Under the pieces are notes generated by a model. It worked only from the letters and a program-made list of their open reading frames with translations. It was not told where the DNA came from and made no database searches. Source: an uncultured Pseudomonadota bacterium (lineage in GTDB: Bacteria > SAR324 > NAC60-12). From it: DNA of 52,243 nt. The stretch covers positions 1-52,243 of the forward strand of contig CAJXDX010000001.1 in assembly GCA_913052275.1 (NCBI GenBank), given 5' to 3'. The position numbers and the translations under genes were made by a program. Below, piece by piece: positions 29,946-38,753 of this stretch (the first letter of the stretch is position 1; each line of letters opens with the position of its first letter).

Positions 29946-31585
29946 TGAGCAGTAATTTTTTAAATAAATTTAAAAAGTATGTTTCAGTTTTGCTGACGCT
30001 TTTTCTGGCCTTACCATTGATGGGGCAAAGCCTGTTGGTGGAGAGGGCCGAATCTACAGTTGTTATTAACAGAGACAACCTGGTAAGAGCAAAAGCTGAT
30101 GCACTAAAGGACGCTAAGGGGCAGGTTGTTATGCAGGCTGTTGCCAGGTATTTGGATTATAACAGCATGGTTTCTCTGAAACCACTTCTGAAAAAACATT
30201 TTTTCGAAAATCCGGACGATTTTATTGAATCAATTCGAGTAATAAGTGAAGGTAATACAGAGGATCTGAGTGAGTTCACGATAAACATTGAAACGCGGAT
30301 ATTTCAATCTCGAATAATATCAGCTTTCAGGAAATTAGGACTTCCTCCACTAGATGAACGCGTTCCATTCAGGGATTATTATTTGATTTATAATGCTGAG
30401 AATGAATTTCGTCAAACAGAATTTTTAACTAAGTTTTTGGAGCAACTGCACGCTCGTTTAAAACCCTATCGTATACGCACAAAAGATATCCTTGTTAATG
30501 AAAAATTTCTTCCAGTGAAAGCAGGCATGCAGGCTAGGCTTAATCTGCTAAAAAGCAATCATGACGAGCAAACTGACAAAAATTCATTTCCATTACTTGA
30601 ACTAAAGTCCAGCAAAATTGCTGATGGAAATGATCCGCAACAACATAATCTGAAGACAGAGATAATCTTCTGGTCTCCGGAAAATAAACTTACTGATAGC
30701 CCAATAATTATAGCCAGTGCAACAGCCTTAATGCCCTATTCTTCCAAACAAATTGATAGTATCATTCCACAATTGCTTGACAGATTAATGCTCAACTGGA
30801 CTCCTGTTATTAAAAAGGCCTTAATTTTTAATGAAGGAAGAGGAATAAAAGTGAAAATCAAATTCATAGGTTTATATGGTCCAGTTGAAGAGCAGCTGTT
30901 AGTTAAGACTTTGTTTCATAACAACCCTCGCTGGAAAAACCTGCGTCTGGATACGATTTCCAGTAATTTTGTTTCTTATAGGTCCCTTTATTTAGGAAAT
31001 AAAGATAAAATGCTTAAGGAATTTATTCTACCTCCTGATTCACAATTTCAAATTTCCGAATTAAAATGGGAAGACAATTACCTTGTGGTAAACGTTACAT
31101 GGCATGAATTGATTGCTTCACTTGAACCATATTTTACTTTGGATGAGGGTAATGATATTGATGAGGAAACTGAAGAAAATAATTTGCCCATTCCAGAATT
31201 TCAAGTTCCATTAAGTCCTTTCAAACAAACCTACAGACTGCCGTTGACGAGTACAGTTTATGATAATATCAGACATCGCGGTGACAGCACATTGTTCATG
31301 ATAAAAGCAGATAAAGATAATGAATCATATGAAGAAAAAAATTTGATCAAAATAACCTGGAATCGTCTTGGTCCTACTCATCTGCAGCCAAAACTGACTA
31401 TATATGATCACAATCGTAAACGAGTGAAGGGGTATCTGCTGAAAAGAAAAAAACATTTTTCTTTTCAATATATATTACCTGAAGGGAAAGATGCCTTTTA
31501 TTTGAGAATTTCTGATGAGATAGGTTTTCTTGAAGGTGTTGCAGGCAGTTACCAGTCTTTCCGTTATATTTTAACAGTGAATTAA
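29945..31585 (+). CDS. secreted protein of unknown function (LPP20/FlgT_N-like N-terminus, PPC-like C-terminal beta domain)
   Basis: 546 aa. The start overlaps the mutase stop (TAATG). Signal peptide VSVLLTLFLALPLMGQS. N-terminal RAKADALKDAKGQVVMQAVARYL. The last roughly 110 aa show a pre-peptidase-C-terminal-like pattern (GDSTLFMIKA...KLTIYDHN...AFYLRISD...YILTV). Domain calls are by eye only. Confidence 0.5.
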   Translation: MSSNFLNKFKKYVSVLLTLFLALPLMGQSLLVERAESTVVINRDNLVRAKADALKDAKGQVVMQAVARYLDYNSMVSLKPLLKKHFFENPDDFIESIRVISEGNTEDLSEFTINIETRIFQSRIISAFRKLGLPPLDERVPFRDYYLIYNAENEFRQTEFLTKFLEQLHARLKPYRIRTKDILVNEKFLPVKAGMQARLNLLKSNHDEQTDKNSFPLLELKSSKIADGNDPQQHNLKTEIIFWSPENKLTDSPIIIASATALMPYSSKQIDSIIPQLLDRLMLNWTPVIKKALIFNEGRGIKVKIKFIGLYGPVEEQLLVKTLFHNNPRWKNLRLDTISSNFVSYRSLYLGNKDKMLKEFILPPDSQFQISELKWEDNYLVVNVTWHELIASLEPYFTLDEGNDIDEETEENNLPIPEFQVPLSPFKQTYRLPLTSTVYDNIRHRGDSTLFMIKADKDNESYEEKNLIKITWNRLGPTHLQPKLTIYDHNRKRVKGYLLKRKKHFSFQYILPEGKDAFYLRISDEIGFLEGVAGSYQSFRYILTVN

Positions 31586-32604
31586 GTTGTTTGGGTCTTA
31601 TGGGCAGTCTCAATTTTTTGTCTGGGCATCTGCCTGAATTTGGTTTTGCTTATGTTGAACCTGATTAATACATCTCCTATTGTCACCTCATCACCATCCT
31701 GCAGAAATCGCTGATCAATCCTCCTGCCGTTTACAGAAGTTGTTTCATGAATGTGCAGATTTTGAATTTTCCAGGTTTCACCAACCTTGTATATTTTTGC
31801 GTGACGAGAAGCAACTTCATTGCTTTCAATAACAATATCATTGGAATTAGATGTGCCCATGGTGTTCAGGTTACGAATTAAAGGGATTTTCTGCTGACTT
31901 CCGAGGAATGTAAGGATTGGGGTTCCTTTCTGAACAGGTCCTTTAAGTTTAGCGCTTGCCGCAGGTAAGTCTAAGCTCCCGTCAACATTGCGTTGCATAT
32001 TGTCAGATGAAAGATCAGGGTTTCGGTAAAGCAGGACCATTTCCCCAACATCCAATATGTCATCATTACACAGTAGAATTCGATGGGAACGCCTTCGATT
32101 GATCAGCAGGGCGTTTTTATAGTTCTTGTCCTCCATCAGAAATGAATTTTGGTGAGGAGTCAGAGTAACTCTGTTTAAATTTGCAGATAAACGATACTTT
32201 TTCCCAGTATTAATCTGGGAAAGCAATTCAAGAGTTTGAACTTCGGGCTTAAGAGGGATGAACATACCCTGTTCACCAATATTTAATAATTGAAAACCAG
32301 GACTTGATGGTATCCTGACCTTTGGTTTTTGCAGCAGCCACAGAACAAATACAAGCAAAACTGTACCTGCAAATACCAGAAGGGACTCGGAAATTGTCAG
32401 AGAAGTTTCCTGACTTATTTTGAGGAAAAAATTATCTTGAAAGAATAAATCAAGTATCGCAGAGTGCGATACGTCTTGTTTCAAACCGTAACTCTGATCG
32501 ACTTGATTAGCCGCCAGCAGGTTATTAACGTTTAGTAAACTGATAAATTCCAGGTATACACTAAGCAGGCATACCCGCAATAATCGACCAATGTGATAGA
32601 ACAT
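31582..32604 (-). CDS. membrane-anchored protein with C-terminal FHA domain (plus a second, degenerate FHA-like region)
   Basis: 340 aa. TM segment LVFAGTVLLVFVLWLL. C-terminal FHA pattern NDIVIESNEVASRHAKIY...TSVNGRRI...LQDGDEVTIGDVLIRF. Middle region ALLINRRRSHRILLCNDDILDVGEMVLLY. The start overlaps the upstream gene's stop by 1 nt. Confidence 0.7.
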   Translation of the reverse strand: MFYHIGRLLRVCLLSVYLEFISLLNVNNLLAANQVDQSYGLKQDVSHSAILDLFFQDNFFLKISQETSLTISESLLVFAGTVLLVFVLWLLQKPKVRIPSSPGFQLLNIGEQGMFIPLKPEVQTLELLSQINTGKKYRLSANLNRVTLTPHQNSFLMEDKNYKNALLINRRRSHRILLCNDDILDVGEMVLLYRNPDLSSDNMQRNVDGSLDLPAASAKLKGPVQKGTPILTFLGSQQKIPLIRNLNTMGTSNSNDIVIESNEVASRHAKIYKVGETWKIQNLHIHETTSVNGRRIDQRFLQDGDEVTIGDVLIRFNISKTKFRQMPRQKIETAHKTQTT

Positions 32605-33479
32605 TAAATTTCATAGTACTGCAACAGCGCTGTACCAATTTTAATCACATCTCCTTTTTTCATGGATTGTTGATCGATCAAACGATAGTTAACCAGAACA
32701 TCTCCTCCTGTGTCTGCACTCTCAATATAATTTTGATTCCCTTTCTTGAAAATATGTGCATGTGTATCACAAACTTCTGCATAACCACGTAATATGAGAT
32801 TATTCTGTGAACCGTAACCCAGTGTAAATCTGTTTTGATCAAGAAGAAAAATTTGTCCTTCCTGCTTACCTGATAAAACTCTTATGGCAAAGGAAGTAAC
32901 TCTATTTTCAGCAATTCCAATAATTAAAAAGATGCTGAAACCGGCAAGGAGCAAACCTGCTAGGTGTTCTGTACCGGTTAAATGATACTGCAGCAATAGT
33001 TCAAAAATTCCACCTCCGATTACTCCACCAATACCCCCGCTTATAATTCTTGGTCCTGAAAATCCAGATGCGGAGCAAAACAATTCTGAGGTGCCCGTAA
33101 TTGATAATCCTAAAAGTGTCCAACTTGTTATACGACTGATCGAAGGTGAAATTTGTCCTGCTGTCAAAAAATTACCAATACCAAAACAAATCAGTCCGAA
33201 AATCGCACCTAGAAAAGCTCCTATAAACATTTTGAACAAAACACCCATCAAATCATGATGGTTCAATATTGAAGCTCTTGCCTGTAAAACCAGGCCCAGT
33301 CCAAGTCCAATTAAAGCACCTTCATAGTTAAATTCATTGATCCAGTTAGAATTTAATTCTGGAAATACTTTTGTGGAAAGAGCATCAAATATGTTAAATC
33401 CGCTTTGCAAAAGTGACCATCCAAGGACTCCTCCCAGAAGTCCAAGTAAAGAAGTATGCAATAGACGAATAGATTTCAC
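32604..33479 (-). CDS. polytopic glycine-rich membrane protein with C-terminal FHA-like domain
   Basis: 291 aa. The first roughly 190 aa consist of Gly-rich hydrophobic segments (LLGLLGGVLGW, GALIGLGLGLVL, FIGAFLGAIFGLICFGIG, GGIGGVIGGGIFELL, LLLAGFSIFLIIGIA). The C-terminus is FHA-like (NNLILRGYAEVCDTHAHIF...VLVNYRLI...KKGDVIKIGTALLQY). Confidence 0.65.
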   Translation of the reverse strand: MKSIRLLHTSLLGLLGGVLGWSLLQSGFNIFDALSTKVFPELNSNWINEFNYEGALIGLGLGLVLQARASILNHHDLMGVLFKMFIGAFLGAIFGLICFGIGNFLTAGQISPSISRITSWTLLGLSITGTSELFCSASGFSGPRIISGGIGGVIGGGIFELLLQYHLTGTEHLAGLLLAGFSIFLIIGIAENRVTSFAIRVLSGKQEGQIFLLDQNRFTLGYGSQNNLILRGYAEVCDTHAHIFKKGNQNYIESADTGGDVLVNYRLIDQQSMKKGDVIKIGTALLQYYEI

Positions 33480-33701
33480 AAAAATTTAAATGATATAAAA
33501 TTTCCTTGGTAATTTAGTAAAATTAATGAACCAGGAAATATTCTTTAAAGAAACTTAGGGAATTATGTCAGAAGCCGACTAGCGATGTATGAAAATCGGA
33601 ACTTGTGGATATGTATATTGTACTCACAGTTTCCTTTAAGCTCTCAGCTTTTTGACTCTAAAGCCAAGCATAATGGGAAAGCTTTATAACCACAAGTTTT
33701 T

Positions 33702-35423
33702 TTATTGTCGAGGCCTGCTTGATCCTCGTCTTCGAAGAAAAGTAGGAATGTCTAAATTTTGAAAAAATGCTGGATTATCAGTTTGATTTGCCCATTCCGG
33801 GATAAGGGGGCTGGTTTCAACTTCACTGGCCTCCGTTTCGCTATCTTTTTCAGAAAGAAGGTCTGGGTAGGAAAGTGAATTTGCACCAGGAATAGTCTTA
33901 CCATTGAGATCGGCTGATTCCAAAGCAGAATCATGAATTGAATAAGTTTCTGCATCAATTAAATTAGTGGACGTCATGTCCAGAGGCAAATCCTCAAATG
34001 TTGAATTATTCTCTAAATTGGAATTCGAATCTTCATGGTCAATATTATCATCCAAAGAGGTTTCAATTTCGGAGGAATCAGAGTTTTCCATATTTTGCTG
34101 ATTCATTTGAGTAATGGTGTTTTCAGATGATTCAGACTTCATTTCACTTGCTTCTTCAGCATCAATCTCCTCTTTTTCGGCTTGATCGTCAGATAATTGA
34201 CTGGAAACGCCTTCATTATCAGAAAGAATAAATTCCCTGTTTTCTCCAGGTTGGATAATTTCATCAGAATCTGTGCTTTCTGTTTCATCTGGTTCATGAA
34301 TATTACCCTCATCTTCAGTATTTTGTGAAGTATAATCATAGTTGTCTACAACCAGATTAGGATCGGTTACAACTTCTGATTTATCTTTTGTTTCAGCAAG
34401 TGCATCAAATGGCATGGCAGGAATACTAGCAGTAGATTTCTTCTCAGCTGCCTCATCATTTTCATCAAATCCGGTTGCGATTACAGTGATCATCATTTGA
34501 TCTTCAAAATCCGGATTAATAGCTGCACCCCAGATTATTTCCGCATCTTTGTGACCGTGTTCTTTGATGAATGTAGAAGCTTCATCAACTTCCTGCATAC
34601 CCATTGAAACTCCTCCAACAACATTGATCAAAATTCCGCGTGCACCGTCAATTCTATTGTCGTTTAACAGTGGGCTGTGCAGAGCTTGTTCTGCCGCATG
34701 TCTTGCTCTGTTTTCACCTGAGGCAAGTCCAGTCCCCATCACTGCTTTGCCTTTATTTGCCATTACGGTTCTAACATCCGCAAAGTCTAAATTTACCAGT
34801 CCGTCTCTGGTAATTAAGTCAGAGATACCTTGAACCCCCTGACGCAGTACATCATCTGCATATCCAAATGCTTCAGTCATAGGGGTTCGTCTATTGATGA
34901 TACTGAACAAGTTTTCATTTGGTACAACTATTAATGTATCAACCCGGTCTCTCAATTCGCTTACCCCTCCACTCGCGACTTTACGCCGTCTTTTTGCCTC
35001 AAAGTTAAAAGGCAGGGTTACAACACCTACCGTAAGTGCTTTCATGTCTTGGGCAACCTGAGCCACCACAGGTGTTCCTCCAGTGCCTGTTCCTCCGCCC
35101 ATACCTGCAGCAAGAAAAACCATATCAGCTCCTTGAAGGGAATCCCTGATTTCATCAATGCTTTCAAGGGCGGCGTTACGTCCTATTTCCGGTTTGGCTC
35201 CGGCGCCCAGGCCGCGTGAACACTGGCTGCCTATCTGAAGTTTCTGAGGTGCTAAAGATTTTCTTAAATCCTGCAAATCAGTGTTTGCCGCAATGAATTC
35301 CACACCTTGAACTCCTGATTGAATCATCCGATTGACGGCATTTCCACCACCACCGCCAACACCAACAACCTTGATGCTTGGCGTATCATCGCGTATAGGC
35401 TGGATATCAGAAAAATTTAGCAT
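33702..35423 (-). CDS. ftsZ: cell division GTPase FtsZ with an unusually long acidic C-terminal linker
   Basis: 573 aa. [15 protein letters not shown], the tubulin signature [23 protein letters not shown]. The core ends near residue 320, followed by an acidic linker of about 235 residues. The conserved C-terminal peptide is retained (DIPTFLRRR). Confidence 0.95.
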   Translation of the reverse strand: MLNFSDIQPIRDDTPSIKVVGVGGGGGNAVNRMIQSGVQGVEFIAANTDLQDLRKSLAPQKLQIGSQCSRGLGAGAKPEIGRNAALESIDEIRDSLQGADMVFLAAGMGGGTGTGGTPVVAQVAQDMKALTVGVVTLPFNFEAKRRRKVASGGVSELRDRVDTLIVVPNENLFSIINRRTPMTEAFGYADDVLRQGVQGISDLITRDGLVNLDFADVRTVMANKGKAVMGTGLASGENRARHAAEQALHSPLLNDNRIDGARGILINVVGGVSMGMQEVDEASTFIKEHGHKDAEIIWGAAINPDFEDQMMITVIATGFDENDEAAEKKSTASIPAMPFDALAETKDKSEVVTDPNLVVDNYDYTSQNTEDEGNIHEPDETESTDSDEIIQPGENREFILSDNEGVSSQLSDDQAEKEEIDAEEASEMKSESSENTITQMNQQNMENSDSSEIETSLDDNIDHEDSNSNLENNSTFEDLPLDMTSTNLIDAETYSIHDSALESADLNGKTIPGANSLSYPDLLSEKDSETEASEVETSPLIPEWANQTDNPAFFQNLDIPTFLRRRGSSRPRQ

Positions 35424-35479
35424 GTTACCCCCATGTTTTATTTATTAATTCAGGTTTAATACTGAAAAAAATGTAAATA

Positions 35480-36721
35480 CTAAAAGAAATTTTGCATCCA
35501 GTCTTTCATTCTTCTGGACACTTTATGAAACAGATTTGTGTCGTCTCCAGCAAAATTCAGTTTTCCTTGATTGCTTGTTATACCATAACGTACAAGTCCT
35601 ACACTTGTTGCATATTTAGGTGAATATATCATTTCACGCAAACCAGTAATATTTTCAGGAAATCCCACACGTACTGGTAAATTTAAAACTTGTGAAGCAA
35701 GCTGGTCTGCTCCGGGCATAATACATGTTCCTCCAGTAATAACTACTCCTGATGCCATCAAAGTATGAAAATGAGTTTTTTCAATTTCATGAGCAATCAA
35801 TTCAAATATTTCCCTGAATCGATCCTCAATGATGCTTGCAAGCACTCGTTTTTTCATAGTACGGTTATTACGCCCCCCAACACTTGGTACTTCAATCATT
35901 TCATCTTCCTTAACCATGCTGGTCATGGCCACTCCGAAATTGTGCTTTATTTCTTCTGCTTCATGAAGTGGCGCGCCCAGGCCAATTGCAATATCATGAG
36001 TTAAATGATTACCACCCAAAGCTAAAACTGCAGTATGCACAATACTGCCTTCCGAATAAATTGTTACATCTGTGGTGCCTCCACCTATGTCAACCAGTAC
36101 CACCCCCACTTCCTGCTCATCCGGACTTAGTACAGCCTGACTTGAAGACAAAGGCTCCAAAACTATGTCTTCAACATCAAGTCCGGACTGGTTGCAGCAT
36201 TTAATTATATTTTGCGCGGAGGTTACTGAACCGGTCACAATATGTACATTCACCTCCAAACGTGCCGCTGCCATGCCAAGCGGATTTTGTACTCCATCCT
36301 GGTCGTCAACAATGAATTCTTGAGGAAGAATGTGTAATATTTCTCTGTCATTCGGAATCAGGACCTGAGCAGCGTCTATTACCCTGCGAATGTCTTCATC
36401 AGTTACAATTCGGTTATGATAAACTGTAACCATTCCTCTGCTGTTTTGCCCCCTGATATGATGGCCTGCGATTCCCGCATAGACGGAACGTATCTGTGTT
36501 CCACACATTAACTCACATTCTTCAACCGCTTTCTTTATCGCTTTAACTGTTTTTTCAATGTTGACTACAACACCTTTTCGCAATCCTTCTGATTTTGCAG
36601 TTCCAACTCCAACCACATTCAGTGCTTCAATATCATCTCCTTCAACAGCAATTGCACAGATTTTTGTGGTGCCAATATCAAGCCCAACAATCAGATTATT
36701 GCTTTTAGTTTGCGATGGCAT
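35480..36721 (-). CDS. ftsA: cell division protein FtsA
   Basis: 413 aa. Actin-fold phosphate loops VGLDIGTTKICAI and VDIGGGTTDV, then VITGGTC. Lies 56 bp upstream of ftsZ. Confidence 0.9.
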   Translation of the reverse strand: MPSQTKSNNLIVGLDIGTTKICAIAVEGDDIEALNVVGVGTAKSEGLRKGVVVNIEKTVKAIKKAVEECELMCGTQIRSVYAGIAGHHIRGQNSRGMVTVYHNRIVTDEDIRRVIDAAQVLIPNDREILHILPQEFIVDDQDGVQNPLGMAAARLEVNVHIVTGSVTSAQNIIKCCNQSGLDVEDIVLEPLSSSQAVLSPDEQEVGVVLVDIGGGTTDVTIYSEGSIVHTAVLALGGNHLTHDIAIGLGAPLHEAEEIKHNFGVAMTSMVKEDEMIEVPSVGGRNNRTMKKRVLASIIEDRFREIFELIAHEIEKTHFHTLMASGVVITGGTCIMPGADQLASQVLNLPVRVGFPENITGLREMIYSPKYATSVGLVRYGITSNQGKLNFAGDDTNLFHKVSRRMKDWMQNFF

Positions 36722-36939
36722 CCATGTTCCTCGACTTAGAAATTTATTTTCTTACTGGAAAAATTTTTTAAAAAACAAAAAGAACCCTTGGTCGTTTGCA
36801 ATTTACTGTCCATGTTATTCCCGCATTAGGACTGTGATTGATAATTTTTCACTTAGTTCAGATAACTAAAACATTTTTATTGATTCTAAGTTGCTGGATA
36901 AAAAAATTAATATATTAAAATCCAAATGATATCAATGTT

Positions 36940-37272
36940 TTATCTGGAAAAAGAACAATTTTGGGATTTAATTCTATATTCATTTGCAATTGGACAGGGC
37001 GCATCTTGCAATCTATAATTCCCGCAAAAATATCCTGCATCTTTCAAGTCAGTTCTAATTTCTTCCAATTCTGCAGTTTTCCCATCATTATTAAGGGGGT
37101 AAATTTTACCCAACAAAACCATAAAACGTTTTGTATTTCTGGAACTTACAGCACGACAGACCCTCTGTAATTCAAGACGTTCATCCGTTGGATATACGTA
37201 TCTTCGCTGCTGGCTGCATCCCCCCGATGACAGGATTAACAGGGAGGTAAAAGCCATCAACAGTATTTTCAT
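36940..37272 (-). CDS. small Cys-containing probable lipoprotein
   Basis: The ORF runs 36940..37302. The likely start is the ATG at 37272 (MKILLMAFTSLLILSSGGC-SQ). The mature part has four further Cys residues. No family recognised. Confidence 0.45.
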   Translation of the reverse strand: MKILLMAFTSLLILSSGGCSQQRRYVYPTDERLELQRVCRAVSSRNTKRFMVLLGKIYPLNNDGKTAELEEIRTDLKDAGYFCGNYRLQDAPCPIANEYRIKSQNCSFSR

Positions 37273-37362
37273 TGAAATAGTATATACCCATTCAATTAAC
37301 AATGGTAGGACTAAATGAAAAAATAGTAAAAAAAGTTCAGGTGGGCAAGAAAAGTAATTATT

Positions 37363-38751
37363 TCAATTAAATAACTGCCTTACTTTGTTGAGGTGCTGAG
37401 AGGAACATACGGCAACCACCCTGTTATGAGGTTGAATTTCAGTTGAACCTACTGCCACTTTCCAGACTCCGTCCTGTTCGACACCTCCGATCAAAATATT
37501 ATGCTGGCGAAAATTTTTCGCTAATTTGTTTAAAGGTTTGCCTGCAATTTCTGAGCCCGGTGCAGCAAATAGTTCTATCACTTCAGCATCAACTCCATGA
37601 AGATGTGCCACTGATAAAAGTTCATTGCGACGTACAAATTTTAGTATTTCATTTGCAGCTGAAATTTTTGCGTTAAGTGCAATGTCCAGCCCGATTGTGG
37701 ATGCTAAAACAAGGTAATCTTCCTTGTTTACCAGAGCAATCGTTTTTCCATATCCTCCTTGTGGGTCTCTATTATTTCTGTTCATCAAGTGTTTAGCCAG
37801 CAGACAACTGACAATATTAGTTTCGTTATCTCCTGTTGTGGCAATGAAAGATTCTGTAGTATCCAGACCTGCCATAACGAGTATATTTGCGTCTGTTCCG
37901 TCCCCGTGGATTACTTGTGTGTTTTTTAAGTCAGAGGCAAGCTCCTCAGCACGTTCAGGATTATTTTCAATCAGAATAATATCCACTTCTTTTTCCAACA
38001 GCTGTGCAACTCTCCTTCCTACTAAACCCCCACCAAGAATCATCAGACATTCAATTTTTTTATGCTCTATTTTCATCATATCCATCAATGGCATCATATC
38101 CTCCTTACGCGACATGATGAATACCTGGTCAAATGGACGAATTTGTTCTTCAGCTTGAGGAATTATTGTAGAAATTCCACGTGCGATAGCCACTACCCTG
38201 AAAAAAAAATCAGTGTGAGTTTCAGAAAGCTCTTTTGGAGTTTTGTTTAAAAGTGGGGAGTATTCATTAATTCTCATAGCAAGTACAAGCATATTACCCT
38301 CACCCACAGCTGTGAGGTCATTGCATGAAGCTCTTTTAACCAATCGGTATATTTCCTGTGCAACCAGTTCCTCTGGATGAACCATCAAATCGATCTTCAA
38401 CTCATCCGGAGAGAAAATGCTGTCATCCGTAAAATCAAGGGAACGTGACCGGACAATTTTTCGATCGATACCAAATTTATCCGCGATCAGTGAAGACAAC
38501 ATGTTTGTGGAATCATTGTTTGTAGCAGCAATCATAAGTCCCATATCTTCCGCATTTGCCTCATGCCAGCTTGACAGCTGCATTGCATTTCCACATATCA
38601 GGCGGGCATCCAATGACTCTGAGGCATGTTCCAGTAATTCAGAATCAGATTCAATAACAGTAATTGGATAACCCTCATGAACCAAACGCTGCGCCAGGTG
38701 CATTCCCACTCCACCAATACCTAGGATAAGCGTATTTTCGTCTTTGGGCAT
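37363..38751 (-). CDS. trkA: Trk potassium-uptake system NAD-binding subunit
   Basis: About 462 aa. Two Rossmann/RCK_N units (ILGIGGVGMHLAQRL and MILGGGLVGRRVAQLL), each followed by an RCK_C-like region. The ATG at 38751 lies 2 nt after the upstream stop, and the alternative TTG at 38757 gives a TTGA overlap. No trkH in the window. Confidence 0.85.
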   Translation of the reverse strand: MPKDENTLILGIGGVGMHLAQRLVHEGYPITVIESDSELLEHASESLDARLICGNAMQLSSWHEANAEDMGLMIAATNNDSTNMLSSLIADKFGIDRKIVRSRSLDFTDDSIFSPDELKIDLMVHPEELVAQEIYRLVKRASCNDLTAVGEGNMLVLAMRINEYSPLLNKTPKELSETHTDFFFRVVAIARGISTIIPQAEEQIRPFDQVFIMSRKEDMMPLMDMMKIEHKKIECLMILGGGLVGRRVAQLLEKEVDIILIENNPERAEELASDLKNTQVIHGDGTDANILVMAGLDTTESFIATTGDNETNIVSCLLAKHLMNRNNRDPQGGYGKTIALVNKEDYLVLASTIGLDIALNAKISAANEILKFVRRNELLSVAHLHGVDAEVIELFAAPGSEIAGKPLNKLAKNFRQHNILIGGVEQDGVWKVAVGSTEIQPHNRVVAVCSSQHLNKVRQLFN

Positions 38752-38753
38752 AC

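Noticed and set aside
33752-34339. Two same-strand alternative-frame ORFs (33752-33958 and 34139-34339) within the ftsZ linker region
   Set aside because: The low-complexity, AT-rich linker DNA leaves other frames open by chance. The FtsZ frame is validated by the conserved C-terminal peptide at its end.
37724-38158. 144-aa plus-strand ORF antisense to trkA; similar antisense ORFs lie in acnA (24728-25072), the ADH (42363-42707), mtnA (8380-8697) and glgX (47879-48190)
   Set aside because: Each lies opposite a gene with clear family motifs. They show no start context and no recognisable domains, which is typical of frame shadows.
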